Below, piece after piece: positions 49,711 through 59,687 of a DNA stretch of 64,000 nucleotides. The position numbers were made by a program, and so were the translations under genes. The first letter of the stretch is position 1. Every line of letters begins with the position of its first letter. The stretch is taken from NCBI GenBank assembly GCA_031362565.1, contig JANLSU010000039.1, positions 128,001 through 192,000 on the forward strand, given 5' to 3'. The stretch comes from a bacterium. GTDB lineage: Bacteria; Krumholzibacteriota; Krumholzibacteriia; G020349025. Below the pieces are notes generated by a model that was given only the letters and a program-made list of their open reading frames with translations, had not been told where the DNA came from and made no database searches.

Positions 49711-50249
49711 GCCTCCACGGCTCCAAGATCGATCCGGTGCGCGGCGCGTTCGGACTCGAGACAGGATTCAGCAAGGCTCGTTCCAGCGAAGGAGTCTGCA
49801 TCGCCTGGACACTGCAGGTTGCAGCGCGCGCGGAACGGAAACCGACCGCATTCTCGATGTGCCTCGCGCGCCGTGCACGCCGCAGCGCGGCATTGCGGGG
49901 CACGGCGCGGCAGCAGGCGGGGCGGACGGCGCGTTTCCCCGCCGTCCGGACCCCCCGAGTTGCGCCAGAACCGGCAGCGCGGCGTGTGGCAAGCGTCCAA
50001 ACCCTCTGGACAGAAGTGCACCGGTGGTGCAATGCGTCCGTCCGAGACGGTCCAAGGTGGTCCGAACCACGCCACCGACCTCACGCTGTGCGCTGGCACC
50101 GCTCTTGTTTGTGTCCTTCGCAAGGGCGTCGATCCACACGGTGGCGCCCCTGGTCTCGCGGTGTTGTGGACGCTTCGCGTTCAAGGCCCGCGATGGCGTT
50201 CGGCGGCGCGCACCACGCGCGGCGCGGGCTTCGTTCGGCGGAGGCTTCA

Positions 50250-50690
50250 ATGTCCGCGACCTCGAAGATTCTCAACGAGATGTTTGGACGCTTGCTGGGC
50301 ATCCAGGTCGGGCCGCATGTCACGGACAAGCTGTCGCCGGTCATCGACGGCGTCATCGAGAAGGTGCACGGCAACATCGACTTGGACACGGTTCAGGGCC
50401 AGAACACCTTTCGGGCGCTGATCTGTAGCATGGTCGTGCACGGCTGGGGCCTCGGGATGCACCCCGACAACAACCCCGTCGCCGACGCCGACGGCAAGCC
50501 GATCGAAGTCAAAGTTTGCAAAGATATTCTGGTGCCGATGGACTCGCTGAAGGCGATTCGTTACTTGAAGAAAGATTCGTATGGGCGGGTCAAAAAAGCG
50601 CTCTTCGAACCGGACCAGAACGCCCGAATTCGCGGCCAAATCGATACGATCCTCGGCGAAATCGCCACCGAAAAATGGACCGACGAATGA
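50250..50690 (+). CDS. Hypothetical protein (146 aa)
   Basis: GGAGG RBS, GC3-rich codons, globular composition; no family recognised. Confidence 0.8.
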   Translation: MSATSKILNEMFGRLLGIQVGPHVTDKLSPVIDGVIEKVHGNIDLDTVQGQNTFRALICSMVVHGWGLGMHPDNNPVADADGKPIEVKVCKDILVPMDSLKAIRYLKKDSYGRVKKALFEPDQNARIRGQIDTILGEIATEKWTDE

Positions 50691-50780
50691 GTCCGCCGGC
50701 GCCGCGCCCGGCGCGGTGCCGCACCGCCAATCTCACCGGTCTGAATCCTAGTGTGTGCCGCGCCGCCGCCGGCGCGTCCC

Positions 50781-51617
50781 TCAGCGCAACGCGGTCGCGC
50801 GCTTGGGCTGCGGTTTGGCGCGCTTGACCATTTCGATGCAGCGCCCTTCCTGCGAGTAGCGCACCTCGTCCATCACCGATTCGATGAGGAACAGGCCGCG
50901 CCCGCTCGGCGCCAGCAGCTTGTCGGGATCGACCGGGTTGTGCTCGGGATCACGCTCGAATCCCTGGCCTTCATCCCGCACCTTGAGCCGCAACGACTCC
51001 GCGTCGATCTGCCCTTCCACTTCGACTCGTTTCTTGAGATCACGGCGATTGCCGTGCTTGATCGCGTTGCTGATGGCCTCGTCGAGCGCCAGCGGCACGT
51101 GGGTCGTATAATCGGCAGTCGAAAAACCGAACTCCAGCGCCAAGAGTGCGATCACGTGCACGATACCGGGGATGAATTGCGGATCACTCGGGAAGGTGTA
51201 GCGAAACATCGTCTTGCCGTGGGCCGCGAGCGCCGGAGAACGGCGGAAGACGTTGCTGAGCGCCGGTTCGCCGGCGAACTCGGCTTCGAGATCCAAGGCC
51301 GGAAACGGCGGCCGGATGACGCCGACGGCACCGAGCAACACCCACCGGCGCCACGTCTCGTCGTCGCACACCCGCGCGGCAATCAACAGTTGCGTCTGCC
51401 GGGCGCGCTCGCACACCGCCCGCCACCAAGCGGCGTCGAGAGACGCCGCATCATCGACGGCGATCACGACGCGCAGGAACGTCGCGCCGGCTGCCGCCTC
51501 GAACAGCGCTGCAGGCGATGCAACCGGCCGCAACACACTGCGTCCATCTCCCAGCGCGACGCCGAGTTCGCGGCCCAAGTCCGCATCGACGGCGAGGAAG
51601 TACGCTTCGAATGGCAT
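50781..51617 (-). CDS. RsbW-like anti-sigma/HATPase protein with degenerate receiver-like N-terminus (278 aa)
   Basis: ALDEAISNAIKHGN, VRDEGQGF, SGRGLFLIESVMDEV. Confidence 0.87.
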   Translation of the reverse strand: MPFEAYFLAVDADLGRELGVALGDGRSVLRPVASPAALFEAAAGATFLRVVIAVDDAASLDAAWWRAVCERARQTQLLIAARVCDDETWRRWVLLGAVGVIRPPFPALDLEAEFAGEPALSNVFRRSPALAAHGKTMFRYTFPSDPQFIPGIVHVIALLALEFGFSTADYTTHVPLALDEAISNAIKHGNRRDLKKRVEVEGQIDAESLRLKVRDEGQGFERDPEHNPVDPDKLLAPSGRGLFLIESVMDEVRYSQEGRCIEMVKRAKPQPKRATALR

Positions 51618-52495
51618 CAGAAGATCGCTTCGCCCCCGGCCAGAATCTCGTTGAGGGCGTCCTTGAAGTAGGGAGTGGTGGTGGCGACCTCGGATCCGAT
51701 CTTCGTCGCGTACAGATCCCAGGCCTTACGAATTTCCGTGGCGAGCGTTGTCGCGAGTGTCCCCTCCTGCCGGGCCCGATCGCGAGCCGCCTCATTGTAG
51801 ACCAGAATGTCCGACACGAGGACGCGCGCAAGTCGCCGGGCGCGATCGTGCGCCGCTCCTGACGGCGGGGCCGGAGCGGGTGGCGGAGGCAGGCTTGGGG
51901 CCGCGACGCTCGGCCGGAACGACGGGGCCGGCCCGGACCAGGCGGGTGGCGCCGGTGCAGGCCGGGGGGCAGCGGCAGCAACGCGCGGCAGGCGCGGTGC
52001 TGCCGGCTGAAATGGTGTTGGAGCGGGCCCGGGCGGCGCCGGTTCTAGGCGGCGCGGCGGTTCGACGCGCGCGGGAGGCGGCGCAACGTCGGTTGGCGGC
52101 GCCGTGGGCGGTGGCGCCATGGGTGTGGCGCCGGGACGGAACGGCGCCGTTTCCAGGCGCGGTGCGGGGCCCTTCGGGGCCTGACCCCCGAGATCGAGCG
52201 TGCGCTCACCCTCCGCCGTCCAAGCCGGGCGCGACGGCGCGGCGGCGGGCGCGGATGCGGGCGCTGGATTCTTTGCTAATGGTGTGGGGGCGCGGCCGAT
52301 CGGTGGCCGCCACGCCTCGCGCTCGATGCCGAGTGCGTCGGCAGACGGTGCAGCCGGCGGCGGCGCGCCGGACGCGTTGGCGGTGACGCGAAAGACCTGC
52401 GCACAGCGCGGGCAGCGCACCCGCACCGCATGAGCCGGAACACGTGCGGGGTCGAGTCGATACCCGGACTGACAGTGCGGACAGCGCACCACCAC
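51617..52495 (-). CDS. MJ0042-type zinc-ribbon protein with Pro-rich linker and conserved helical C-terminal domain (292 aa)
   Basis: CPHCQSGY...VRCPRCAQVF; C-terminal ARRLARVLVSDILVYN...YFKDALNEILAGG; GGAGGAG RBS. Confidence 0.87.
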   Translation of the reverse strand: MVVRCPHCQSGYRLDPARVPAHAVRVRCPRCAQVFRVTANASGAPPPAAPSADALGIEREAWRPPIGRAPTPLAKNPAPASAPAAAPSRPAWTAEGERTLDLGGQAPKGPAPRLETAPFRPGATPMAPPPTAPPTDVAPPPARVEPPRRLEPAPPGPAPTPFQPAAPRLPRVAAAAPRPAPAPPAWSGPAPSFRPSVAAPSLPPPPAPAPPSGAAHDRARRLARVLVSDILVYNEAARDRARQEGTLATTLATEIRKAWDLYATKIGSEVATTTPYFKDALNEILAGGEAIF

Positions 52496-52580
52496 GCGGT
52501 CTCCTCCGGATCATTGCACCACGGCGTTCCCGTACGCGGGGCTCGCGGGCCAGAGTCGCAACGATCGCGCCAAACGGCAA

Positions 52581-54689
52581 TCAGCCGATGTCCGCCCATG
52601 CCGTGTGTTCGGAGTAGTGCGACTCCAGATGCAGCCGCGCGGCTGCATGCGCCGGTGCGGCGAGGTCGGGATCGGCGGCGAGGATCGCCGCCGCGGCGTC
52701 GCGTGCGGCGAGCAGAACCGGCAAGTCCCGCGCCACGTCCGCGACGCGCAGATCGGGCAACCCATGTTGGCGCGTGCCGATCAGGTCGCCCGGACCACGC
52801 AGTTCCAGATCCAGTTCCGCGATCTCGAACCCATCATCGGTGCGCGCAAACCGGCGCAGCCGTTCCTGCGCCGCCTCGGTCCCGTCGCGGCCGGGAAGCA
52901 GGAAGCAGTAACTGACCTCGGCGCCCCGCCCGACCCGGCCGCGCAGTTGATGCAACTGCGCCAGCCCGAAGCGTTCCGGGTGGTGGATGATCATCAGAGT
53001 CGCGTTGGCCACATCGAGCCCGACCTCCACCACCGAGGTACAAACGAGCACCGCCAAAGCGCCGCGGCGAAACGCTTGCAAGAGCCCATCGCGCTCCGCC
53101 GCCGGCAACCTGCCATGCAGGAGCCCGATCGTCAGTCCAACCAGTGGCCCGGCCCGCAGGCGGGCGTATTCTTCGGTCGCGGCGCGCAATTCCAGCGACT
53201 CGCTTTCATCGATGATCGGCAGCACGACGTAGCCTTGGCGGCCGGCAGCCACCTCACTGCGGACGAATTTCCAAAGGTCGGCGTCGCGTTCTTCCGGCAC
53301 CAAGCGGGTGCGCACCGGCTGGCGCCCGGGAGGCTTTTCATCGAGGCGCGACACGTCCAGGTCACCGAACAGCGTCAGTGCCAAGCTGCGCGGAATCGGC
53401 GTCGCGGAAAGCGCCAGCACATGGGGACGATGCGCCCCGCGGACGAGCGCCCCGCGCTGCAGAACTCCGAACCGCTGTTGTTCGTCGACGACCACGAGCC
53501 CGAGGTGTTTGCAACGAACGTTCTCTTGTACGAGGGCATGCGTGCCGATGACGACGTCCACGTCGCCACTGGCGAGACGCGCCCGCACTTCTTCCTTGTC
53601 GCGCTCGGGCCGGGAGCCGACGAGCACCCCGAGACGCACGCCGAGTGCGACGCACGGCCCGACGAACCGTTCGGCATGTTGCAATGCGAGCGCTTCGGTT
53701 GGCGCCATGAGCACGCCCTGCCAGCCGTTGCCGGCGGCCATGAACAATGCCGCCGCCGCCAACACCGTCTTCCCCGCCCCGACATCGCCCAACACCAGCC
53801 GCTGCATCCAAGCGCCGGACTCGAGATCGTGAATGATCTCGCCCAAGACACGTTCCTGGCCGCCGGTGAGCGCGAACGGCAACGATTCGAGATACCGCCG
53901 GTGCAGGCTGCGCGACGCCAACATCGCGACGCCGTCGCGGCGGGCCCGCGCCAGCGCTCGCCGGCGCAGCAGCAACAGTTGCAGGAAGAAGAATTCCTCG
54001 AATTTAAAGCGCTCGAGCGCGCCGGCTGCCGCCGGCATCGAATCGGGAAAATGCAGGGCACGGAAGGCCGCCGCGCGCGGCAGCGCATCGCCGCGCACGC
54101 TGTCCGGCAAGATCTCCGGCACCTCGTCCCCGACCGCGGCGAGCGCGGCGTGCGCCATCGACCGCAGCCATTTTTGCGTCACGCCGCGGGTCGCCGGATA
54201 GAGCGGCACGATGCGCCCGCCGTGCAACCAGGACTGCGAGTCGGCATCGATCCGTTCGAACTCGGGTTGGCGCATCTCGAGGCGGCCGCGTCCGGCGGTG
54301 ACCGGTCCGGCGAGAATCACTTCACAACCGGGGGGCAGTTGGTCGCGCGTCCAAGCCGTAAACCACACGACGCGCAGTTGCGCTGTGTCGTCGGCAACGG
54401 TCGCCACCACGCTGCGGCGTCCGTGCCATCCCGGGCGAACCTGCAGCGACTCGACCCGGGCGCGCACGCACGCCATCATGCCCGGCGCGAGTTCGCGCAA
54501 CGGCACCAAGCGGCTGCGATCGAAGTAGCGGCGCGGGACATGTAACAACAAGTCCTCGAGCGTCCGAATGCCGAGACGCTCGAGAGCTTCGGCGCGGCGG
54601 GGTCCGACGCCGCGCAAATAGCGAATGGATTCATCGAGTCGCGACACCACGTCCCCCTCAGGGTACGAAACGCGGTCGAACCGCGTCAT
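52581..54689 (-). CDS. recG: ATP-dependent DNA helicase RecG
   Basis: GVGPRRA..L..LGI, GDVGAGKT, MAPTE, DEQQRFG, SATPIPR, QLHQLRGRVGRG, DGFEIAELDLELRGPG. Confidence 0.96.
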   Translation of the reverse strand: MTRFDRVSYPEGDVVSRLDESIRYLRGVGPRRAEALERLGIRTLEDLLLHVPRRYFDRSRLVPLRELAPGMMACVRARVESLQVRPGWHGRRSVVATVADDTAQLRVVWFTAWTRDQLPPGCEVILAGPVTAGRGRLEMRQPEFERIDADSQSWLHGGRIVPLYPATRGVTQKWLRSMAHAALAAVGDEVPEILPDSVRGDALPRAAAFRALHFPDSMPAAAGALERFKFEEFFFLQLLLLRRRALARARRDGVAMLASRSLHRRYLESLPFALTGGQERVLGEIIHDLESGAWMQRLVLGDVGAGKTVLAAAALFMAAGNGWQGVLMAPTEALALQHAERFVGPCVALGVRLGVLVGSRPERDKEEVRARLASGDVDVVIGTHALVQENVRCKHLGLVVVDEQQRFGVLQRGALVRGAHRPHVLALSATPIPRSLALTLFGDLDVSRLDEKPPGRQPVRTRLVPEERDADLWKFVRSEVAAGRQGYVVLPIIDESESLELRAATEEYARLRAGPLVGLTIGLLHGRLPAAERDGLLQAFRRGALAVLVCTSVVEVGLDVANATLMIIHHPERFGLAQLHQLRGRVGRGAEVSYCFLLPGRDGTEAAQERLRRFARTDDGFEIAELDLELRGPGDLIGTRQHGLPDLRVADVARDLPVLLAARDAAAAILAADPDLAAPAHAAARLHLESHYSEHTAWADIG

Positions 54690-54713
54690 CGGGGACGTGG
54701 CGTCGCGCCCTCG

Positions 54714-56153
54714 TCAGTCCATTTGCCGGCGCAGGAAGGCCGGCACGTCCAGATCGTCGGCGCTCCAGCTCGGCAGTCCCGGTTTCGGCAACGCAACGTG
54801 CCGCGCCTGGGTTTGGCGATCGAGCGCCGGCGGCTCCGCAGCCGCCGGGCTCGCGAGGAACTCCTCGTCTTCGAGTTCGAGGTCGAGATGCAACCACGGT
54901 TGCGTCGGCTGCGCCGGCTGTTGCACCGGCGCGGGTTCGGCAACGACGGGGGACGCCACGGCTTGAACCGCCGGCATCTCGAGCTTGGCGGCCGGGGCCG
55001 CACTTCCCGACGCCCGCGGCACCGGTGCCGCCATCGCCGGTTGGGCCTCGGCGGCGAGCCGTTCACGTGCCGTGAACGGGGTGATGCTCGCCACTTGCGA
55101 TGCGGCGGCACGTCCCGGATCGCGCTGCAACGCCTCACGCAGCCGGGCGTTGGCATCGTTGCGCGTTTCGCGGCCCAAATTGACCGCCGCGCGCTCGCTG
55201 CCGAAGCCGGTCGCGATGACCGTAACGCGCAGCTCGGTGTCCAACGTCTCGTCGATGACGGCGCCGAAGATGATGTTAGCATCGTCGCCGACGGCGGCTT
55301 GCACGAGCGAGGTCGCTTCGCTCACTTCATGCAGTGTCATGCTGGGGCTGCCGGTGATGCTGACCAGCACGCCGCGCGCTCCGGAGATATCGACGTCGTC
55401 CAGCAACGGGCTGGAGATCGCCTGCTTGGTCGCCAGCACGGCCCGGTCCGGGCCTTCCGCAACGCCCGTGCCCATGAGCGCGTCGCCCATGTTCGCCATG
55501 ATCGCCTTGACGTCCGCGAAGTCGAGATTGACGAGTCCCGGTACGGTGATGAGATCGCTGATGCCGCGCGTTGCCTTCAGCAACACCTCGTCGGCGATCG
55601 AGAACGCGTGCATGAGCGGTGTCTCGGCGCCGACGATATGCAGCAGCTTCTGATTCGGAATGATGATCAGCGTGTCGACGGCTTCCTTGAGCGCTTTCAA
55701 TCCGTCGATCGCCGAGGCGTTCCGCCGGCGTCCCTCGAACTCGAAAGGCCGCGTCACGATCGCCACGGTGAGGGCGCCCAAATCACGCGCCATGCGTGCG
55801 ACGAGCGGCGCGGCGCCGGTGCCGGTGCCGCCGCCCATCCCGGCGGTCACGAAGACCATGTCGGAGTCCTTGAGCGCATCGATGATGATGCTCTCGTCTT
55901 CCTCGAGCGCCCGGCGGCCGATCTCGGGATTGCCGCCGGAGCCGAGTCCCTTGGTGAGTTTGGTACCGATTTGAATCCGGTGCACCGCCTTCGAAAACTT
56001 GAGCGCCTGTGCATCGGTGTTCACCGCGACAAATTCGACGCCGGTCAACCCCTCGCTGATCATGCGATTGATTGCGTTGCCGCCGGCGCCGCCAACCCCC
56101 GCCACGGTGATGCGCGCGAGGTTATCGGACTCGCGCTCGAATTCGAACTTCAT
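54714..56153 (-). CDS. ftsZ: Cell division protein FtsZ
   Basis: [32 protein letters not shown]-terminal [14 protein letters not shown]. Confidence 0.99.
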   Translation of the reverse strand: MKFEFERESDNLARITVAGVGGAGGNAINRMISEGLTGVEFVAVNTDAQALKFSKAVHRIQIGTKLTKGLGSGGNPEIGRRALEEDESIIIDALKDSDMVFVTAGMGGGTGTGAAPLVARMARDLGALTVAIVTRPFEFEGRRRNASAIDGLKALKEAVDTLIIIPNQKLLHIVGAETPLMHAFSIADEVLLKATRGISDLITVPGLVNLDFADVKAIMANMGDALMGTGVAEGPDRAVLATKQAISSPLLDDVDISGARGVLVSITGSPSMTLHEVSEATSLVQAAVGDDANIIFGAVIDETLDTELRVTVIATGFGSERAAVNLGRETRNDANARLREALQRDPGRAAASQVASITPFTARERLAAEAQPAMAAPVPRASGSAAPAAKLEMPAVQAVASPVVAEPAPVQQPAQPTQPWLHLDLELEDEEFLASPAAAEPPALDRQTQARHVALPKPGLPSWSADDLDVPAFLRRQMD

Positions 56154-56201
56154 GTTTCCCTCCCCGTTTTTCCCCGTCGTGGGGGCTTGGAGCCCCGCGC
56201 G

Positions 56202-57485
56202 TCAATTGCGCGGCTGCATGTTCGCGGCACCGATTGCGAGCCGGCGCGTCGTGCGACGCGCCCGCTCACCGACGACGCGGCGTAAATCCGTCACCAGGCG
56301 CTCCCGGAACGACGATTCGGCGCGCATGAGTCCGGAGCGTTGCGCAAATTCGAGCAATCCGAGCGCCGTGCAGCACGCCGGATCGCCTTCCGCCTCGCGC
56401 CAGCCCTGCGGTGCATGCGGCGCCGCCAGACGCACCGGCGCTTCGAAAACCTGTTCGGCAAGATCGACCGCACCGCGCAATCGCGCCCCGCCGCCCGCCA
56501 GAACGATACGATCGCCAAGCGCCAGCGCCTGCTGCGCCCGCAGCGCGTCGCGCACCATGGCGAACAGTTCCTCCATGCGCGCCTCGACGATACCGGCGAG
56601 CGTTTGCTGGCTGACCGTGAGGCGCTCGCGGCCGCGCTGCACTTCCACTTGCCGTTCCGCCGGGACGCTTTCGATCAGGGCGCTGCCGGCGCGCCGCTTC
56701 AACGCCTCCGCTTGGTCGGTTTCGAGTTGCAGTGCAAATGCGATGTCGCGCGTCGCGTGCGATCCGCCGGCATTCACACACGCCAGGGCCTGCAACACGC
56801 CATCGCGATACGCGGCCGCGCCGGTCACTTCGGCACCCAAATCGACGAGCACCGCACCGCGGCCGCGATCCTCGGCGGTGAGCGCGGCACGCGCCGCGGC
56901 GAGCGGTTCGACGGCCGCACCCACGAGTTCGTAACCCGCCGCGTCGAGCACGCGCTGCAAGTTGTCGAGCACCTGCGAACGCGCCGTCACCACGACCGCG
57001 TCGGCGGTCACCGCCCGGCCGCGCATGCCGAGCGGGCTGCGCACCACGCGCGTGCCGTCGACAACGTAACCGGTGGGCAGCACGTGCAAGACCTCATGGT
57101 CGCGCGGCAGGCCGATGTCGGCGGCCGCATCGAGCGCCCGGTCGAGGTGCGCCGGATGCAATGTCACCGGCAACTTGGTGCGCATCGTGCCGCGGGCGCG
57201 CACCGCCCGCGCTTGCCCGGCACCGACGCCGGCGACGACGCGGCGCACGCGGACACCGGCACGCTCTTGGGCGGCGAAGAGGACACCGGGCAGAACTCGC
57301 TTGGCGGCGTCGAGATCGACGAGGACGCCTTGGTCGATGAGCGTACAGGGGTGCTCGATCCAACCGCGTACGCTGTACGAGTCGCCGTGCGGCACGGCGA
57401 CTACGACTGTTACCTTTTCGGCCCCGAAGTCGAGCGCCAGAATGGCGGCCGGGTTCGGCGCGTCAACGCGTGCGGACCCGCGCAT
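56202..57485 (-). CDS. ftsA: Cell division protein FtsA (divergent)
   Basis: Located between ftsQ and ftsZ; EVLHVLP..YVVDG...SPLGM, AGGSHATRDIA, AEALK, EARMEEL, VLAGGGARL. Confidence 0.9.
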   Translation of the reverse strand: MRGSARVDAPNPAAILALDFGAEKVTVVVAVPHGDSYSVRGWIEHPCTLIDQGVLVDLDAAKRVLPGVLFAAQERAGVRVRRVVAGVGAGQARAVRARGTMRTKLPVTLHPAHLDRALDAAADIGLPRDHEVLHVLPTGYVVDGTRVVRSPLGMRGRAVTADAVVVTARSQVLDNLQRVLDAAGYELVGAAVEPLAAARAALTAEDRGRGAVLVDLGAEVTGAAAYRDGVLQALACVNAGGSHATRDIAFALQLETDQAEALKRRAGSALIESVPAERQVEVQRGRERLTVSQQTLAGIVEARMEELFAMVRDALRAQQALALGDRIVLAGGGARLRGAVDLAEQVFEAPVRLAAPHAPQGWREAEGDPACCTALGLLEFAQRSGLMRAESSFRERLVTDLRRVVGERARRTTRRLAIGAANMQPRN

Positions 57486-58242
57486 TGCGGCCTCCTCCCC
57501 CGTTGCGGACGACGACTTGATCCTGAAAGCGCAGATCGATTGCGCCCGGCATCGGCTCACTCCCCAGGCTCTCTTCGAACACCCGCAGTTTCAAGAGTTC
57601 GGTGTCGGCGCGCGACGCGTCCAAACGCACCTTGGCGCCGGAATCGGCAAGAACCAAACGCACGTCGTCCGGCTCCTGCCACTCGACGGCCGAAGGCGCC
57701 AGGGTCGGAATGTCGAACAACGGCACGAGCGCCGCGAGCAGGGCGCGTGCTGCCGGGTCGAGGCGCCGCGCCTTGGCATCGAGCCCAAAACCGTGCAAGA
57801 GCGGCATTCCGGGCCACACGTGCTCGACGCCGAGCAGCCGCCCGTCGGCATCGACGGCGGTTTGTGCATCGAGTTGCGCAACCGCCCGCTGCGACACCAG
57901 ACAGACCTCGAGATTTCCAGGAAGGTGACGCCGCAAACACAAGTCAACAGGGGCTTTGCCACCAAAGAAACCGCGCCGAAGCGCGGCCTCCGAAACGAAG
58001 AGCAACGGCCGCCCGAGGACGGCAGTTTCGAGGCGTTCGCAGCGGTCAAGCGGCGGTTGGAGAGCGCCCGTCCAAGTCACTTGGCGGACGCGCAAGAGCG
58101 GCGAGAGTGCCGCCGAGGCAACGACAGACAACAGGACGCCGGACGCCACCGCGACGCGCACGAGCGGCGCGCGCCACGCGTCATCCAGCCACCGCACACC
58201 CCGGGCCGCATCCGCACGACCCCACGCACCCCGTCGGCCCAC
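57463..58242 (-). CDS. ftsQ: FtsQ/DivIB-like protein (divergent; start uncertain)
   Basis: Single TM, SPLLRVRQV...RRHLPGNLEV POTRA-like region, C-terminal IDLRFQDQVVV; dcw position. Confidence 0.8.
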   Translation of the reverse strand: MGRRGAWGRADAARGVRWLDDAWRAPLVRVAVASGVLLSVVASAALSPLLRVRQVTWTGALQPPLDRCERLETAVLGRPLLFVSEAALRRGFFGGKAPVDLCLRRHLPGNLEVCLVSQRAVAQLDAQTAVDADGRLLGVEHVWPGMPLLHGFGLDAKARRLDPAARALLAALVPLFDIPTLAPSAVEWQEPDDVRLVLADSGAKVRLDASRADTELLKLRVFEESLGSEPMPGAIDLRFQDQVVVRNGGGGRNARVRTR

Positions 58243-58283
58243 CGCCCCGCCTCACACGTACGGTTCCGGGGTCCCGCACAGCA

Positions 58284-59687
58284 CTACGTCGCCGCCTGCG
58301 GCACACCGGATCCAACCCGCCGGCGCCACTTTTCGACGATCTCGTCGTTCCACGACGTCACGTCTCCGGCGCCGAGCGTCAACACCAAGTCTCCTGGTTG
58401 TATAGAGGAAGCGACGGCATCGGTCAATCGCTCTTTGTCGGGAACGTACGTGACGTTGCGGTGGCCGTGCTCACGGACGGTTTGCGCGAGCACCTCCGAC
58501 GTCACACCCGGAATCGGCTCCTCGGACGCGGCGTAAATGTCGGCCAGGAACAGCACATCGGCATCGAAGAACGAGCGCCCGAACTCGCTCATGAGGAAAT
58601 GGGTGCGCGAATAGCGATGCGGCTGAAATACCACCAACAAGCGCCTCGCATAGTTGCGTTTGGCGGCCCGCAGCGTCGCGGCGATCTCGGTGGGGTGGTG
58701 TCCGTAGTCATCCACGAAAACCACGTCGTGCTCGACGGCGCGGATTTCGAAGCGCCGCGCCACCCCTAGGAACTCGTGCAACGCGGTGGCGATGGTGGGG
58801 AACGGAATCTGCAGTTCGATGCCGACCGTGATCGCCGCGAGCGCATTCAGAACGTTGTGCTCGCCCGGCATCCGGATACGCGCCTCGCCGATCACCGCGC
58901 CACGGTTCGAGACCTCGAACCGGCTGCCCGCATCGGTCGACTCGAGGATGCGGCCGGTCACGTCGGCCTGGCTCGCCAGGCCGTAGGTCAGGCAGCGTTT
59001 TGTAATCCGGGGGATGATCGATTGCACGTTGGCATCGTCGAGACACAACACGCCGGCGCCGTAGAAGGGCACTTTGTTGACGAACTGCACGAATGCATCC
59101 ATGATCGCTTGCAGGTTCGCGTAATGGTCGAGGTGTTCGGCGTCGATGTTTGTCACAACTGCAATTGTCGGTGGCAACGACAAGAAACTGCCATCGCTCT
59201 CATCGGCTTCGGCCACCAGATAGTCGCCCTTGCCGAGCTTGGCGTTCGTGCCGAGCGCCAGCAGCCTCCCCCCGACGACGATGGTCGGATCGAGGCCGGC
59301 CTGCGCCAACACGGTTGCCGCGAGCGACGTGGTCGTGGTCTTCCCATGCGCCCCCGCGACCGCGACCGAGAACTTGAGACGCATCAGTTCGGCGAGCATT
59401 TCGGCGCGTGGAATGACCGGGATCTTCTGTTCGCGCGCTTTCACGAGCTCCGGGTTGTCGGGGCGGATCGCCGACGAGTAGACGACGACGTCGGCGCCTT
59501 CCAGGTTCTCGGCCCGATGGCCGATGAGCACCCGCGCTCCGAGCGGCTCGAGGCGCTTCGTCACGGCCGAAGCTTTGACGTCGCTGCCACTCACCTTCCA
59601 GCCGAGATTCAGCAGCACCTCCGCGATACCGCTCATGCCGATACCGCCGATGCCGACAAAATGCACCCTGCTGACCCGCCCGAACAT
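58284..59687 (-). CDS. murC: UDP-N-acetylmuramate-L-alanine ligase
   Basis: [48 protein letters not shown]. Confidence 0.99.
   Translation of the reverse strand: MFGRVSRVHFVGIGGIGMSGIAEVLLNLGWKVSGSDVKASAVTKRLEPLGARVLIGHRAENLEGADVVVYSSAIRPDNPELVKAREQKIPVIPRAEMLAELMRLKFSVAVAGAHGKTTTTSLAATVLAQAGLDPTIVVGGRLLALGTNAKLGKGDYLVAEADESDGSFLSLPPTIAVVTNIDAEHLDHYANLQAIMDAFVQFVNKVPFYGAGVLCLDDANVQSIIPRITKRCLTYGLASQADVTGRILESTDAGSRFEVSNRGAVIGEARIRMPGEHNVLNALAAITVGIELQIPFPTIATALHEFLGVARRFEIRAVEHDVVFVDDYGHHPTEIAATLRAAKRNYARRLLVVFQPHRYSRTHFLMSEFGRSFFDADVLFLADIYAASEEPIPGVTSEVLAQTVREHGHRNVTYVPDKERLTDAVASSIQPGDLVLTLGAGDVTSWNDEIVEKWRRRVGSGVPQAAT

Noticed and set aside
50094..50108. TGGCAC-N5-TTGT sigma54-like promoter upstream of the 50250 gene
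   Set aside because: The conserved -12 GC is GT, it is a single instance, and no enhancer-binding protein is nearby.
49711..50249. Possible mglB in the gap upstream of mglA
   Set aside because: The minus-strand ORFs here are Arg/Pro-rich with no roadblock-like pattern, so the region is treated as a divergent promoter region.
58243..58283. Absence of murB and ddl between murC and ftsQ
   Set aside because: Direct murC-ftsQ-ftsA-ftsZ order is common, for example in Bacteroidota, and is not unusual.
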